A stretch of 39,030 nucleotides of DNA, taken from NCBI GenBank assembly GCA_012729295.1, contig JAAYDK010000080.1, positions 1 to 39,030 of the forward strand. Direction: 5' to 3'. The stretch comes from Spirochaetales bacterium. Lineage in GTDB: Bacteria; Spirochaetota; Spirochaetia; Sphaerochaetales; Sphaerochaetaceae. The notes beneath the pieces were generated by a model, which did no database searches, was not told where the DNA came from, and saw nothing but the letters and a program-made list of their open reading frames with translations. A program made the position numbers and the translations under genes. Positions 24,798-34,798 of the stretch are shown here, one piece after another (the first letter of the stretch is position 1; each line of letters starts with the position of its first letter).

Positions 24798-25306
24798 AAA
24801 GCCATGAAAAATCGGACAGAAGGGTAAGGGCGATGCTGCCCGGATCGTTTGATCCGCCGACAAACGGCCATGTAAACATGATCGAACGCGCTAGTCGTCT
24901 CTTCGATTCGGTAGTAGTGGTAGTCGCAGACAATATTTCTAAAAAATGCCTGTTTTCTGCCGATGAGCGTGTAGCGATGCTTACCTCAATTCTAAAAGGG
25001 CTTAGCAATGTTGAAGTAGTCGTATGGAACGGGCTTATCGTTGATTATGCCAGGCAGAGCGGGATTTCGGTCATGATCAGGGGCGTGCGCGCACTGGTCG
25101 ATTTCGGATACGAGTTCGAACTCGCTATGACGAACAAACAATTGTATCCCGACCTGGAAGTCGTCTTTCTCCCTACGGACCCGAAATATTTCGTACTACG
25201 GTCCTCGGCTATTAAGGAGATGGCGGCATTCGGAGCCGATATCGGCAAAATGGTACCGAAGATCGTAGCGGAAAAACTAGCGGAACGCATCAAGATGTTG
25301 ACATGA
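24794..25306 (+). CDS. coaD: phosphopantetheine adenylyltransferase
   Basis: LPGSFDPPTNGHVNMIERA...MIRGVRA..DFEYEFELAMTN.. A later in-frame ATG at 24833 is an alternative start. Confidence 0.93.
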   Translation: MKSHEKSDRRVRAMLPGSFDPPTNGHVNMIERASRLFDSVVVVVADNISKKCLFSADERVAMLTSILKGLSNVEVVVWNGLIVDYARQSGISVMIRGVRALVDFGYEFELAMTNKQLYPDLEVVFLPTDPKYFVLRSSAIKEMAAFGADIGKMVPKIVAEKLAERIKMLT

Positions 25307-25361
25307 AATGCTAATTCCGTTATTCTCACAAGAGCGTAAATTTGATTGAAGGGGATAAATT

Positions 25362-25550
25362 ATGGCAGTACCTAAACATAAGACATCAAAATCTAGAGCT
25401 GCATCGCGAAAGGCTGCGAATATGCGCCTCAGTGCACCCGTGCTGAGCGTTTGCGGTACTTGCGGTAACTTGGTGGTTGCCCATCGTGTCTGTCCAAAAT
25501 GCGGTTTTTATCGCGGGAAACAGATCATCGATCAAGAAAAGATGGTGTGA
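25362..25550 (+). CDS. rpmF: 50S ribosomal protein L32
   Basis: MAVPKHKTSKSRAASRKA... with a CxxC...CxxC zinc ribbon. Confidence 0.95.
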   Translation: MAVPKHKTSKSRAASRKAANMRLSAPVLSVCGTCGNLVVAHRVCPKCGFYRGKQIIDQEKMV

Positions 25551-25587
25551 TCCATATTTTTCTAAACCAATTAACTAGGAGAGAACC

Positions 25588-25830
25588 ATGGATTCAAAAG
25601 CCGTATTCGAAAAGGTAAAAGCTTTAATCGCTGAAAAACTTGAGATTGACGAAGGTCGTATTTCGTTAAACTCCTCGTTCCGCAAAGATCTCGGTGCAGA
25701 CAGTCTGGATACATACGAACTCGTATATGCCATCGAAGAAGAGTTGGGGGTATCGATTCCGGACGAAAAGGCCAACGAATTTGAAACCGTGCAGGATGCG
25801 GTCGACTTCCTTTCAAAAGTACTGAAGTAA
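25588..25830 (+). CDS. acpP: acyl carrier protein
   Basis: The LGADSLDTYELVYAIEEELG motif includes the phosphopantetheine Ser. 80 aa. Confidence 0.95.
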   Translation: MDSKAVFEKVKALIAEKLEIDEGRISLNSSFRKDLGADSLDTYELVYAIEEELGVSIPDEKANEFETVQDAVDFLSKVLK

Positions 25831-25844
25831 TCGATTCGACCGAC

Positions 25845-26591
25845 ATGTCTGTTTTTTCAAAAAGTATTTCGTTTGGAAAGGCTCCCGAAATCTCGTCTGC
25901 GAGAAAACGGGAGCTTCTTTTATTCCAAAAGCAAGCTGATATAAAATTTAAGAACCTCGATTTGCTCAACCTCGCATTCATACACCGTTCGTTTGCGAAT
26001 GAGACTGCGGAATTAGTCGACAGCAATGAAAAGCTTGAGTTTCTCGGAGATAGCGTTTTGGGGTTGGTAGTCAGTGATTGGCTGTTTACACAACTCGGAT
26101 CATTGGACGAGGGAGACTTTTCACGTATCAAGAGCTACGTGGTCAGCGAAGAAAGCCTTGCGGTTATCGCAAAGCAACTAAGAATCGACAATTTCATTAT
26201 CATTGGAAAAGGTGAAGAATATTCGGGCGGACGATCAAAAAAAGCTTTGCTCGCTGATTGTCTGGAAGCCCTTTTCGGTGCCTATTATCTCGACGCAGGT
26301 TTTAAATCAGTACAAGAGTTTATCCAAAAGCTGCTTGTACCTGTGGTAGAGGATGTCCTGCAAAACAAACACCGTCGCGATTACAAGACGCTGTTACAGG
26401 AATACGTGCAAAAAAAATATAAAACCTATCCTCTATACGAACTGGTCAAGCGTATCGGTCCGGAACACGACAATACGTTTTTCGTACAGGTAACCGTCCA
26501 GCAAACGTCGTATGGACCGGCTGCGGGCAATAATAAGAAAGAAGCCGAACAAGCCGTCGCTAAAATCGCCTACGAGGCACTTCACGGTTAG
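25845..26591 (+). CDS. rnc: ribonuclease III
   Basis: NEKLEFLGDSVLGLVVSDWLF signature, plus a C-terminal dsRBD (GPEHDNTFFVQV...NNKKEAEQAVA). Confidence 0.95.
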   Translation: MSVFSKSISFGKAPEISSARKRELLLFQKQADIKFKNLDLLNLAFIHRSFANETAELVDSNEKLEFLGDSVLGLVVSDWLFTQLGSLDEGDFSRIKSYVVSEESLAVIAKQLRIDNFIIIGKGEEYSGGRSKKALLADCLEALFGAYYLDAGFKSVQEFIQKLLVPVVEDVLQNKHRRDYKTLLQEYVQKKYKTYPLYELVKRIGPEHDNTFFVQVTVQQTSYGPAAGNNKKEAEQAVAKIAYEALHG

Positions 26592-27970
26592 CTTTTGTTG
26601 ATCTGTATCCTCTGTCGATAGAATTGAACCGCTATCTCGGATAAGCGTTCCTTGGTGTTCTGCTTTGGATCGTCGAGTATGGTTTCGAGGAGTTCCTGCA
26701 AAACCGTTCCCATCGCGGGACCTTTCGGAATGCCTAGCTGTGCAAGGTCGTTGCCGTTGACTTCAAGGTCCTTTACCGTAAGGGCATTTCCTGATTCCAG
26801 CACTAATCGTATCCGTTCTTTAAACTCAAGTATGGCAGCGCTGTTTCTGCTACCGGTAGTGGCAATCTGGTCGGCAAGGCGTAAATCGAATAAATCTTCC
26901 AATGCATCGACTGTGACACGCCCGACAAAACGACGGACAGCTCCGTCGCTCCACTGTCCGTCATAATGGAACATGTGGTTGGCGACAAGATTGAGCACCG
27001 TGTCCCGCTCGTCGTTCGAGCACTTCAGTCTGGTTAGGATCGAACGGGCAATAGCCACGGATACCGAATCGTGATGATAGAAGGTAGGCCTTTCGTTTTC
27101 GTGATGCTGAACGACAACCGGTTTACCGATATCGTGCAGCAGCGCTGCAAGCCGTACCAGCGGCTTGTGTATTGGAGCTGCATCGCAGGCATAGATGCTG
27201 TGATACCATACATCGTGGCGGTGCATTCCCTTTTGTTCTACTCCGATACAGTGATGCAGCTCCGGAAAAAGAATTTCTACAGCCCTACAGGACTTCATCA
27301 GCTCGAGACCGATCGACGGACGATCGGCTTCAAGCATCTTGAACAATTCGATTTTCAATCGTTCACCCGAAATGTGCGACAACGAATCTGCAAGCGCAGA
27401 CATGGCGGACAGCGTAGCGCTATCGACGCTAAAATGAAGCTGGCATGCGAAACGGCAGGCTCGGACGATTCGTAATGCGTCTTCTTCAAAACGCTGCACA
27501 GGATCCCCGATAGCACGAATAAGGCCTTTTTGTAAATCTTGTAATCCTTCGTGCAGGTCGATGATTGTACCGTCAGCAGCATCTGCGGCAAGCGCATTTA
27601 CGGTGAAATCACGCCTAGAAAGATCTTGTTCAAGCGATCTGATAAAAGTTACCGATTCCGGATGACGACGGTCGTGGTAATCGCCTTCGATTCTGAATGT
27701 GGTCACCTCGTATGATTCGCCGTGAAAACGCACCGTCACCGTGCCGTGTTTCATACCGGTCGGAATTACGGTAGAAAACATATCGATCACCTGTTCGGGA
27801 ACTGCGTCTGTTGCAAAGTCGTAGTCTGTTATCTTCCGGCCCAACAGAAAGTCACGTACGGCTCCGCCTACGATATACAGTTGGAAACCTTGCTCGAAAA
27901 AGCGGCGGGCGAATGCACGAATCGTTTGAGAAACCGGAAATCTGACCATGGTGGTAATGCTACTTGTCAT
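26588..27970 (-). CDS. cca: CCA-adding enzyme / tRNA nucleotidyltransferase with HD domain
   Basis: LYIVGGAVRDFLLGRKITDYDFATDA, RRDFTVNALA, and HD motif LLHDIGKP. 460 aa. Confidence 0.88.
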   Translation of the reverse strand: MTSSITTMVRFPVSQTIRAFARRFFEQGFQLYIVGGAVRDFLLGRKITDYDFATDAVPEQVIDMFSTVIPTGMKHGTVTVRFHGESYEVTTFRIEGDYHDRRHPESVTFIRSLEQDLSRRDFTVNALAADAADGTIIDLHEGLQDLQKGLIRAIGDPVQRFEEDALRIVRACRFACQLHFSVDSATLSAMSALADSLSHISGERLKIELFKMLEADRPSIGLELMKSCRAVEILFPELHHCIGVEQKGMHRHDVWYHSIYACDAAPIHKPLVRLAALLHDIGKPVVVQHHENERPTFYHHDSVSVAIARSILTRLKCSNDERDTVLNLVANHMFHYDGQWSDGAVRRFVGRVTVDALEDLFDLRLADQIATTGSRNSAAILEFKERIRLVLESGNALTVKDLEVNGNDLAQLGIPKGPAMGTVLQELLETILDDPKQNTKERLSEIAVQFYRQRIQINKS

Positions 27971-27992
27971 GAAGCTCTATTGTCAATACTGA

Positions 27993-28021
27993 TTGAACAT
28001 AACGAAAGAAATGACTATAGT
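27993..28021 (+). promoter_or_regulatory. predicted sigma-70 promoter of ileS (TTGAAC-17-TATAGT)
   Basis: Hexamers at 27993..27998 and 28016..28021, about 60 nt upstream of the ATG. Confidence 0.55.
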
Positions 28022-28082
28022 GCACACATGGCGGTAGTGCTAAAGCATCCGTCAATTTACCCGAATTTCAGGAGTTCAATCA

Positions 28083-31000
28083 ATGTTTCAACCGGTAGAT
28101 TCAAAAGTCAATTTTTCCAAGATGGAAGAGCGTATACAAAAATTCTGGGAAGAGAATGAAATCTATAGAAAGTCGGTAGATAACCGAAGCAGTGATAACG
28201 AATACGTGTTTTACGACGGTCCTCCGTTTGCAACGGGGCTGCCGCATTTCGGACATCTGGTTCCGGGTACGATCAAGGATTTGTATCCCCGTTATCAGAC
28301 GATGAAGGGCAAACGCGTAAACCGGCGCTTCGGCTGGGATTGTCATGGCGTACCGGTCGAACAGGAGATGGGAAAGATTCTCAATATCAGCGGGCACAAG
28401 GCTGTTCAGGAATATGGCGTGGCTAAATACAACGAACAGTGCCGTTCGATTGTATTGCGCTATACCTCCGAATGGAAAGCTACCATCAACAGAATGGGGC
28501 GCTGGGTCGATTTTGAAAACGGTTATCGCACGATGGATACTTCCTACATGGAGACAATCTGGTGGATCTTTTCGACACTCTATAAAAAAGGACTCATTTA
28601 CGAAGGCTATAACATTCTTCCGTACAGTCCGGCACTTGCAACTCCGCTGTCCAATTTCGAAGTCAATCTCGGCGGTTACCAGGATGTTTCGGATCCTGCC
28701 GTTACGGTTCGGTTCAAGCTTGACGATATGGACAACACCTACATGCTGGCATGGACGACCACGCCATGGACGCTACCGAGCAATCTTGCATTAGCCCTCG
28801 GTCCCGATATCGATTATGTGATGGTACTCGACAAGCAGGGTGGACAACGATACATTCTCGGAGAAAAGCGCCTTTCGCACTATTACAAAGATCCCTCTGA
28901 TTACGAGGTGCTCAAGCACTACAAAGGCAGAGAGCTGGCTGATTTACGTTATGAACCGTTGTTTCCGTTCTTCAGCCATCTGAAAGAAACAGGAGCATTC
29001 GTCACCGTACTGGGAGACTACGTCACCGTTGAAGACGGATGCGGTATCGTTCATACCGCTCCCGGGTTTGGAGAGGACGACTATCAGGTACTGAAAGGAA
29101 CTGGAATCCCTGTGGTCTGTCCGATCGACGACGATTGTAATTTCACCGAAGAAGTCTCGCTTTGGAAGGGAGTCTTTGTAAAGGACGCCGACAAGTCGAT
29201 CATCGAATGGCTCAAGGCGAACGGCAAGCTCGTTAAAAAGGAGACCATCGTACACAGTTATCCGTTCTGTTACCGTACGCACAAACCGCTTATTTATCGG
29301 GCCATGGCTTGCTGGTATGTTGATGTAACCCAGTTGAAGGACTCGATGTTGCGTGCAAACGAACAAATTACCTGGATTCCCGATCATCTTAAGTACGGGC
29401 GTTTCGGCAAATGGCTCGAAGGCGCGAGGGACTGGGCGATCAGCCGCAACCGTTTCTGGGGAAATCCCATTCCCGTATGGAAGTGCGACGGTTCTGAGTA
29501 CCTAGAGGTAATCGGATCGATCGACGAGTTGGAACAGCACAGCGGAGTACGGGTAACCGATCTGCACAAGCACTTTGTCGACGACATCACATGGCCGAGT
29601 CCTGATGGAAAAGGAACGATGCGCAGAGTTGCCGATGTACTCGACTGCTGGTTCGAATCTGGTTCGATGCCGTATGCACAAAACCACTATCCTTTTGAAA
29701 ATAAAGAATTTGTAGAAGCACACTTCCCAGGTGATTTCATCTGTGAAGGACTTGATCAGACCCGCGGATGGTTTTACACGCTTGTCATCCTCGGTGCGGC
29801 CTTGTTTGACAAACCGGCATTCTACCACTGCGTGACGAACGGAATCGTACTGACCGCAGACGGGAAGAAGATGTCCAAATCGCTCAAGAATTATAGCGAC
29901 CCGATGGATATCGTGAATACCTACGGTGCGGATGCACTTCGATTTGCTTTGATGAACAGCGCGGTTACGCGGGCTGAAGATCTAAAATTCTCGGAAGATT
30001 CTGTAAAAGAAGTTTTAAAGACGCTGATAATTCCGTTATGGAATGCATATTCCTTCTTCGTAACATACGCGAATATCGACGGATGGAATCCCGAAAATCA
30101 TCAAGAATCCGAGTCGGACAATGCTATGGACCGATGGATACTCTCAGCAAGCGAAGCCCTAGTGCAGGAAGTGACCGATGCATGGGATCGCTACGATACG
30201 CAACGCGGATGCCAGGCAATCGTGAATTTCATCGACTCTCTGAACAACTGGTACATCCGAAGAAGCCGTAGGCGTTTCTGGCGTTCGGAAAATGATCTGG
30301 ACAAATCCTTCGCGTACCGCACGCTGTATTGCGTGCTGATGAAACTGATCCATATTGCAGCTCCGGTTATTCCGTTTACCACCGAGGAACTGTATCAAAA
30401 CCTAAAAACCTCGACGATGAGCGAATCCATTCATCTCGAAGATTTCCCAATGTATAACGAAGCATTGAGAGACGGCGAATTAGAAAGGATCATGGGTCTT
30501 GCTCAAAAGGCGATCACCGTAGGCCGTGCGTTACGGGCTGTACACAATCTAAAAATTCGCCAACCGCTGAAAAAGGTCGTTCTTGTTTCGCGCGATGAAG
30601 CAGAGCGGGCGATTCTTGCCGAAATGGAAGCGATTATTGCAGAGGAATTGAACGTTAAGTCCGTAGTGGTCAGACCCGGAGAGACCGAATTGGTGACGTA
30701 TTCCGCCAAGGCAAATTTTAAAGTGTTAGGAAGTAAGCTCGGGAAACATATGAAAGCTGTTGCATCGAACATCCAGAATCTCGACAGCTATACGATCGAA
30801 ACCATACTCGACGGTGGCACTGTCGATATCGAATATGAAGACGGCGTCATCACAATTGATGCCGGCGATATCGTGGTCCAGCGCACCGAACGAGCTCATA
30901 TGAAGGTTATGAACGATGGTACACTGACGGTCGGATTCGATACGGAAATTACCAACGAACTCTTACTTGAAGGTATTGCCCGAGACATCATCCGCTCGGT

Positions 31001-31214
31001 TCAGAATTTGCGCAAGGAAAGTGGCTTTGACGTGGCCGACAGAATCTCTTTGTCGATCGACGGAGAACAGATCATCCGCGATACTGTTGAAATGTTCGGA
31101 CCGTACATTTCCAGCGAAACGCTTTCAGACACACTTGAATTCGGCAAGACGGATTCGATGGTCATCATCCCTTGCGGTGACCTTGAGGTCTCGGTAGCAG
31201 TCAGGAGGGTGTAG
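28083..31214 (+). CDS. ileS: isoleucine--tRNA ligase, type 2 (eukaryote-like architecture)
   Basis: 1043 aa. FYDGPPFATGLPHFGHLV (HIGH motif), KMSKSLKN, WDCHGVP, and an editing-domain insertion. The length and the C-terminus without a Zn-finger match type-2 IleS. Confidence 0.96.
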   Translation: MFQPVDSKVNFSKMEERIQKFWEENEIYRKSVDNRSSDNEYVFYDGPPFATGLPHFGHLVPGTIKDLYPRYQTMKGKRVNRRFGWDCHGVPVEQEMGKILNISGHKAVQEYGVAKYNEQCRSIVLRYTSEWKATINRMGRWVDFENGYRTMDTSYMETIWWIFSTLYKKGLIYEGYNILPYSPALATPLSNFEVNLGGYQDVSDPAVTVRFKLDDMDNTYMLAWTTTPWTLPSNLALALGPDIDYVMVLDKQGGQRYILGEKRLSHYYKDPSDYEVLKHYKGRELADLRYEPLFPFFSHLKETGAFVTVLGDYVTVEDGCGIVHTAPGFGEDDYQVLKGTGIPVVCPIDDDCNFTEEVSLWKGVFVKDADKSIIEWLKANGKLVKKETIVHSYPFCYRTHKPLIYRAMACWYVDVTQLKDSMLRANEQITWIPDHLKYGRFGKWLEGARDWAISRNRFWGNPIPVWKCDGSEYLEVIGSIDELEQHSGVRVTDLHKHFVDDITWPSPDGKGTMRRVADVLDCWFESGSMPYAQNHYPFENKEFVEAHFPGDFICEGLDQTRGWFYTLVILGAALFDKPAFYHCVTNGIVLTADGKKMSKSLKNYSDPMDIVNTYGADALRFALMNSAVTRAEDLKFSEDSVKEVLKTLIIPLWNAYSFFVTYANIDGWNPENHQESESDNAMDRWILSASEALVQEVTDAWDRYDTQRGCQAIVNFIDSLNNWYIRRSRRRFWRSENDLDKSFAYRTLYCVLMKLIHIAAPVIPFTTEELYQNLKTSTMSESIHLEDFPMYNEALRDGELERIMGLAQKAITVGRALRAVHNLKIRQPLKKVVLVSRDEAERAILAEMEAIIAEELNVKSVVVRPGETELVTYSAKANFKVLGSKLGKHMKAVASNIQNLDSYTIETILDGGTVDIEYEDGVITIDAGDIVVQRTERAHMKVMNDGTLTVGFDTEITNELLLEGIARDIIRSVQNLRKESGFDVADRISLSIDGEQIIRDTVEMFGPYISSETLSDTLEFGKTDSMVIIPCGDLEVSVAVRRV

Positions 31215-32149
31215 TGGAAAGCGGGAAATACGGTGCAGCGGTTCTTTTGCTGATTACGGTGTTTCTTTCTGGATGCAGAACTACGAGTCCGTTTACACAA
31301 GACCCGTATTTTTCAGCAATGGGAGAACCGGCGCACCTGGTATTGACCGTCGATGTACAAAAACCCTCCTTTATCGACAAGCAACACATCGCTGCCGATT
31401 CTGACGAGATAGTTCGGGATCTTCTGGAACGTACCGACAGGATTTCAGTATCGCTGTACGACCCGACTTCTTCGGACATTACCGACAAACCCGATTTTTC
31501 CCTCAATACCGTATACGGAGCACTCGAGGGCAACTTTCCCCAGTTCCTCACGAATACTGCACTGTTATGGAATCCGGAGTGGGAAAAAATAGAACATGAA
31601 GAAACTCATTATTTCAAACACAAGACGCTTGGTCTGAGCGCGGCCGTAGCCAAAAGGGGAGTGTTGTTATTTTCAAACGACGATTATATGGAAGCATATC
31701 GAAAAACGATTTCAGAAAGAAAACCATTAATCGACAGACAGACCGCGCTACGCATGCAAAACGCTACGTTTGGTTTTTATGCAGCGAGTCCGAACGTGAT
31801 GCTCGACATCGGACTTTCAATCCCCACGACCGTTTTAATGCAGTTGGATTCCCTCATGCTGGTAATCGAACAGACCGAAACTTCACCGGCATCGCTGAGC
31901 GGCCTAATAGTCGCAAAATCACCGAAATTGGCGAATACTATTTCCATTTTATTAAAAAGTTCGTATATTTCTGATCGAAGACGGAACAAGCTTCCGTTTG
32001 GAGATTTGACGAACCTGATCGTCGTATACGAAGATAAAGTCGAAATCAATCATATGGAATTGACCCAAGCCCAGCTTGGCGGCTTTTCATCGATGTTCGG
32101 TTCGTTACTTGCAACTACTGGAGGTATCGTACCTTATGCCGACTTATGA
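31214..32149 (+). CDS. hypothetical lipoprotein
   Basis: The GTG start shares 1 nt with the ileS TAG and is preceded by AGGAGG. Signal peptide plus lipobox AAVLLLITVFLSGC. No family recognised. Confidence 0.6.
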   Translation: MESGKYGAAVLLLITVFLSGCRTTSPFTQDPYFSAMGEPAHLVLTVDVQKPSFIDKQHIAADSDEIVRDLLERTDRISVSLYDPTSSDITDKPDFSLNTVYGALEGNFPQFLTNTALLWNPEWEKIEHEETHYFKHKTLGLSAAVAKRGVLLFSNDDYMEAYRKTISERKPLIDRQTALRMQNATFGFYAASPNVMLDIGLSIPTTVLMQLDSLMLVIEQTETSPASLSGLIVAKSPKLANTISILLKSSYISDRRRNKLPFGDLTNLIVVYEDKVEINHMELTQAQLGGFSSMFGSLLATTGGIVPYADL

Positions 32150-32378
32150 ATATGAATGCGATGCATGCCACGTCCATTTTGAAATGGAACAAAGCATGAG
32201 GGAAGCACCGATTACGGTCTGTCCCACATGCTCGGGAAGAGTAAGAAGAGTTTTCGGACTTAACAGCGTTATCTTCAAAGGAAGCGGTTTTTATTGCACA
32301 GACCATAAAAAAGGCGAATCCGTCGACTCGTGTCCAAAAGATAACGGCAATAATTGTGCCAGCTGTCCGGCCGTTTAG
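32136..32378 (+). CDS. FmdB-family zinc-ribbon protein (CxxC_CxxC_SSSS)
   Basis: MPTYEYECDACHVHFE...ITVCPTCSGRVRRV...FKGSGFY. The true start is ATG 32136, which overlaps the upstream gene by 14 nt. Confidence 0.88.
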   Translation: MPTYEYECDACHVHFEMEQSMREAPITVCPTCSGRVRRVFGLNSVIFKGSGFYCTDHKKGESVDSCPKDNGNNCASCPAV

Positions 32379-33544
32379 CTACAGAGAATCCGTTCAGTTT
32401 TTTCAACAGCCTCTTTAAGCAACCGCTCAATCCCGAGCAGTTCGTAGCTTTTTCGGATCGAATCGAGTCTCGGCTTTACCAACGGATGCTTCGGACTAAA
32501 TATGACGCAACAGTCCTCGTATGGCAAAATCGAAGTTTCGTAGGTTCCTATCAAACGCGCTGTCGTAATAATTTCTTCCTTATCCATTCCGATTAACGGA
32601 CGGAATACCGGCAAATCGGTCATCCCGTCGGTAAAGCGAATACTTTCAAGTGTCTGAGAGGCAACCTGTGAAAGAGATTCCCCTGTCACGATGGCGCTAC
32701 AATCGCGCTCGGCGGCTATCATGGTGGCAATCTGCATCATGCAGGCTCGCATGAGCAAAGTAGTTTCCTCGTCGCGCGAGTGTGCCTTGATATGAAGCTG
32801 AACGTCGGTAAAGGGTACTACGTGCAGCACGATTCTCAAGCAATACCGGGATAGAATCCTAGCAAGTGCGGCAACCTTGTCCATGGCTTGCTGTGACGTA
32901 TACGGGTAGGCGTGAAAGTACACTGCCTCCATGCGCAATCCCCGCTTTGCCATTCTGTAGGCAGCAACCGGACTGTCTATTCCTCCGGAAAGCATCAGCA
33001 TGCCGCGTCCTGCTGTTCCTACCGGCAAACCTCCGGGACCTGATTCGTCATCAGTATAGAGATACGCGCTATCACGAATCTCGACATATAAAATCCTGTC
33101 CGGATGATGAACATCGACAGAAAGCGTGTGATAACGTTCCAATATCAGATGACCTAATTCGGCTGAAATGTCATACGACTTCATCGGGAAGGTTTTATCA
33201 GCACGCCTGGTTTCTACCTTAAACGAGCGAACCTGATCGATCTTCCAGGTTTCGTCGACAAGTCGCATGGCTTCGCTTTTGATCGTCTCGAAGTCTTTCT
33301 CACATTGAATCGCTTTGGAAAAACCTACGATACCGAATGAAGACGATAGAGCCTCGCGTACCAGCGTATCGGGAGCCTGATCTTCGACGTACACAAATAG
33401 GCGGCCTTTCTGCTTGGCGATGCGGCTATGGTATGGGTGAAGTTTCGTCTTAATATTCGTCTTCAGCTTTCCTTCGAAAAAATCACGGTTCAGTCCCTTC
33501 AGTGATATCTCACCGAGTCGAACCAGATACAGCGTATAGTCCAT
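32375..33544 (-). CDS. thiI: tRNA 4-thiouridine(8) synthase ThiI (no rhodanese domain)
   Basis: THUMP N-terminus (GEISLKGLNR), PP-loop LMLSGGIDSPVAAY, and GESLSQVASQT. Confidence 0.92.
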   Translation of the reverse strand: MDYTLYLVRLGEISLKGLNRDFFEGKLKTNIKTKLHPYHSRIAKQKGRLFVYVEDQAPDTLVREALSSSFGIVGFSKAIQCEKDFETIKSEAMRLVDETWKIDQVRSFKVETRRADKTFPMKSYDISAELGHLILERYHTLSVDVHHPDRILYVEIRDSAYLYTDDESGPGGLPVGTAGRGMLMLSGGIDSPVAAYRMAKRGLRMEAVYFHAYPYTSQQAMDKVAALARILSRYCLRIVLHVVPFTDVQLHIKAHSRDEETTLLMRACMMQIATMIAAERDCSAIVTGESLSQVASQTLESIRFTDGMTDLPVFRPLIGMDKEEIITTARLIGTYETSILPYEDCCVIFSPKHPLVKPRLDSIRKSYELLGIERLLKEAVEKTERILCS

Positions 33545-33547
33545 CTA

Positions 33548-34720
33548 TCAACCTCTTTTCACTGTTGTACCGTACTGCTTTGCGATATCTTGCAATGCCT
33601 GTACGAGCATAGCGCATTCCTCGATTGTGGTTGTAGGTCCAAACGAGATACGAATAGCTCCGCCTGCTACATGTGCGTTGAAACCGAAATCCTGAAACAG
33701 ACGACTGCTTTTCTTCTTAGCGTTGTTGGAGCATGCCGAACCGCTGGAAACATACAGCCCCCTGTCGGAAAGAATTCTCATGGCGACCTCGGACGGCAGA
33801 CACGGAAGCGATATGGTCACAATCGAATCGACGATACGACTGTTTTCATTCGAGTAGGGAGAGAGTTGAACTATTACAGGATGTTCTCGCCAAGAATCTT
33901 CGAAGAACCGGCGCAACTTGTGCACATGCAGCATTCGTTCATCGAAATTTCTGAATAATTCGCTCATCGCCTCGGTCATCGCCGCAATACCCGCGATATG
34001 TTCCGTCCCCGGTCTAAGACCGGATTCCTGCCCGCCACCGCGGGAAAGCGCTTCGATGCTGTTAGGTCTGCAGTAGAGCACTCCGACGCCACGGGGACCC
34101 TGGAATTTATGTGCGCTGAATGCAGCCGAATCGACCCCTAGCGATGCAAGGTCGAAAGAGACCTTCCCGAGCGCTTGCACCGCATCGCAGTGGACGTGGA
34201 TTCGTTTGCCGGTGCGCCTTTCATGCGCTCTGACCAATGCAACGGCAGATGCTACGTCTTGAACGGTTCCAAGGACATTTTGTGCCAGTAAAAGACAAAC
34301 GAGGTCGACCTGTTCGTCAAGCAGCGTATCGAGATGATCAAGATCCGCATACCCTTTTTTGGATGTAAGCGACAAGACGGCAAAACCGTGTTCTTCTAAA
34401 ATTCTTCGATGCTGCAGAACCGAATCGTGTTCCAAGTTGCTAAAAATAATCTTTCCCGGGCTCTTTCGCCACAACCGCGAAAGAATCGCAATCGAATTAC
34501 TTTCAGTTCCTCCTGCGGTAAAGAAAACCGTATCAGGAGATATATGCAAAAGCGCAGCAACCGTAGACCTGCAAGCGTTTAAGAACGTAGAGGCTTGACT
34601 GCCCAGTTTGTGAAGGGATGAAGGATTACCGGGATATGCAGATGCAGCGTTCCGGTATGCGTCACAAGCAGCCTCGCTCATGAATGAGGTTGCCGCCCAA
34701 TCGAAATAACCGTTGTTCAT
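33548..34720 (-). CDS. cysteine desulfurase (NifS/IscS-type class V aminotransferase)
   Basis: FTAGGTESN, HCDAVQALGK, SAHKFQGPRGVGVLY (PLP Lys) and SSGSACS (active-site Cys). It lies 3 nt upstream of thiI. Confidence 0.9.
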   Translation of the reverse strand: MNNGYFDWAATSFMSEAACDAYRNAASAYPGNPSSLHKLGSQASTFLNACRSTVAALLHISPDTVFFTAGGTESNSIAILSRLWRKSPGKIIFSNLEHDSVLQHRRILEEHGFAVLSLTSKKGYADLDHLDTLLDEQVDLVCLLLAQNVLGTVQDVASAVALVRAHERRTGKRIHVHCDAVQALGKVSFDLASLGVDSAAFSAHKFQGPRGVGVLYCRPNSIEALSRGGGQESGLRPGTEHIAGIAAMTEAMSELFRNFDERMLHVHKLRRFFEDSWREHPVIVQLSPYSNENSRIVDSIVTISLPCLPSEVAMRILSDRGLYVSSGSACSNNAKKKSSRLFQDFGFNAHVAGGAIRISFGPTTTIEECAMLVQALQDIAKQYGTTVKRG

Positions 34721-34798
34721 ATGCCAATCATGGTGGAAATCGACGTGATATTCAAGGCGTTCTGTTGCATATGAATCGGTTTAGGAGTATAAGAAGCC

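Noticed and set aside
27971-28082. T-box, riboswitch or attenuator leader upstream of ileS.
   Set aside because: The spacer is only 112 nt and the predicted promoter leaves a UTR of about 60 nt. That is too short for a T-box, and I see no specifier or antiterminator elements.
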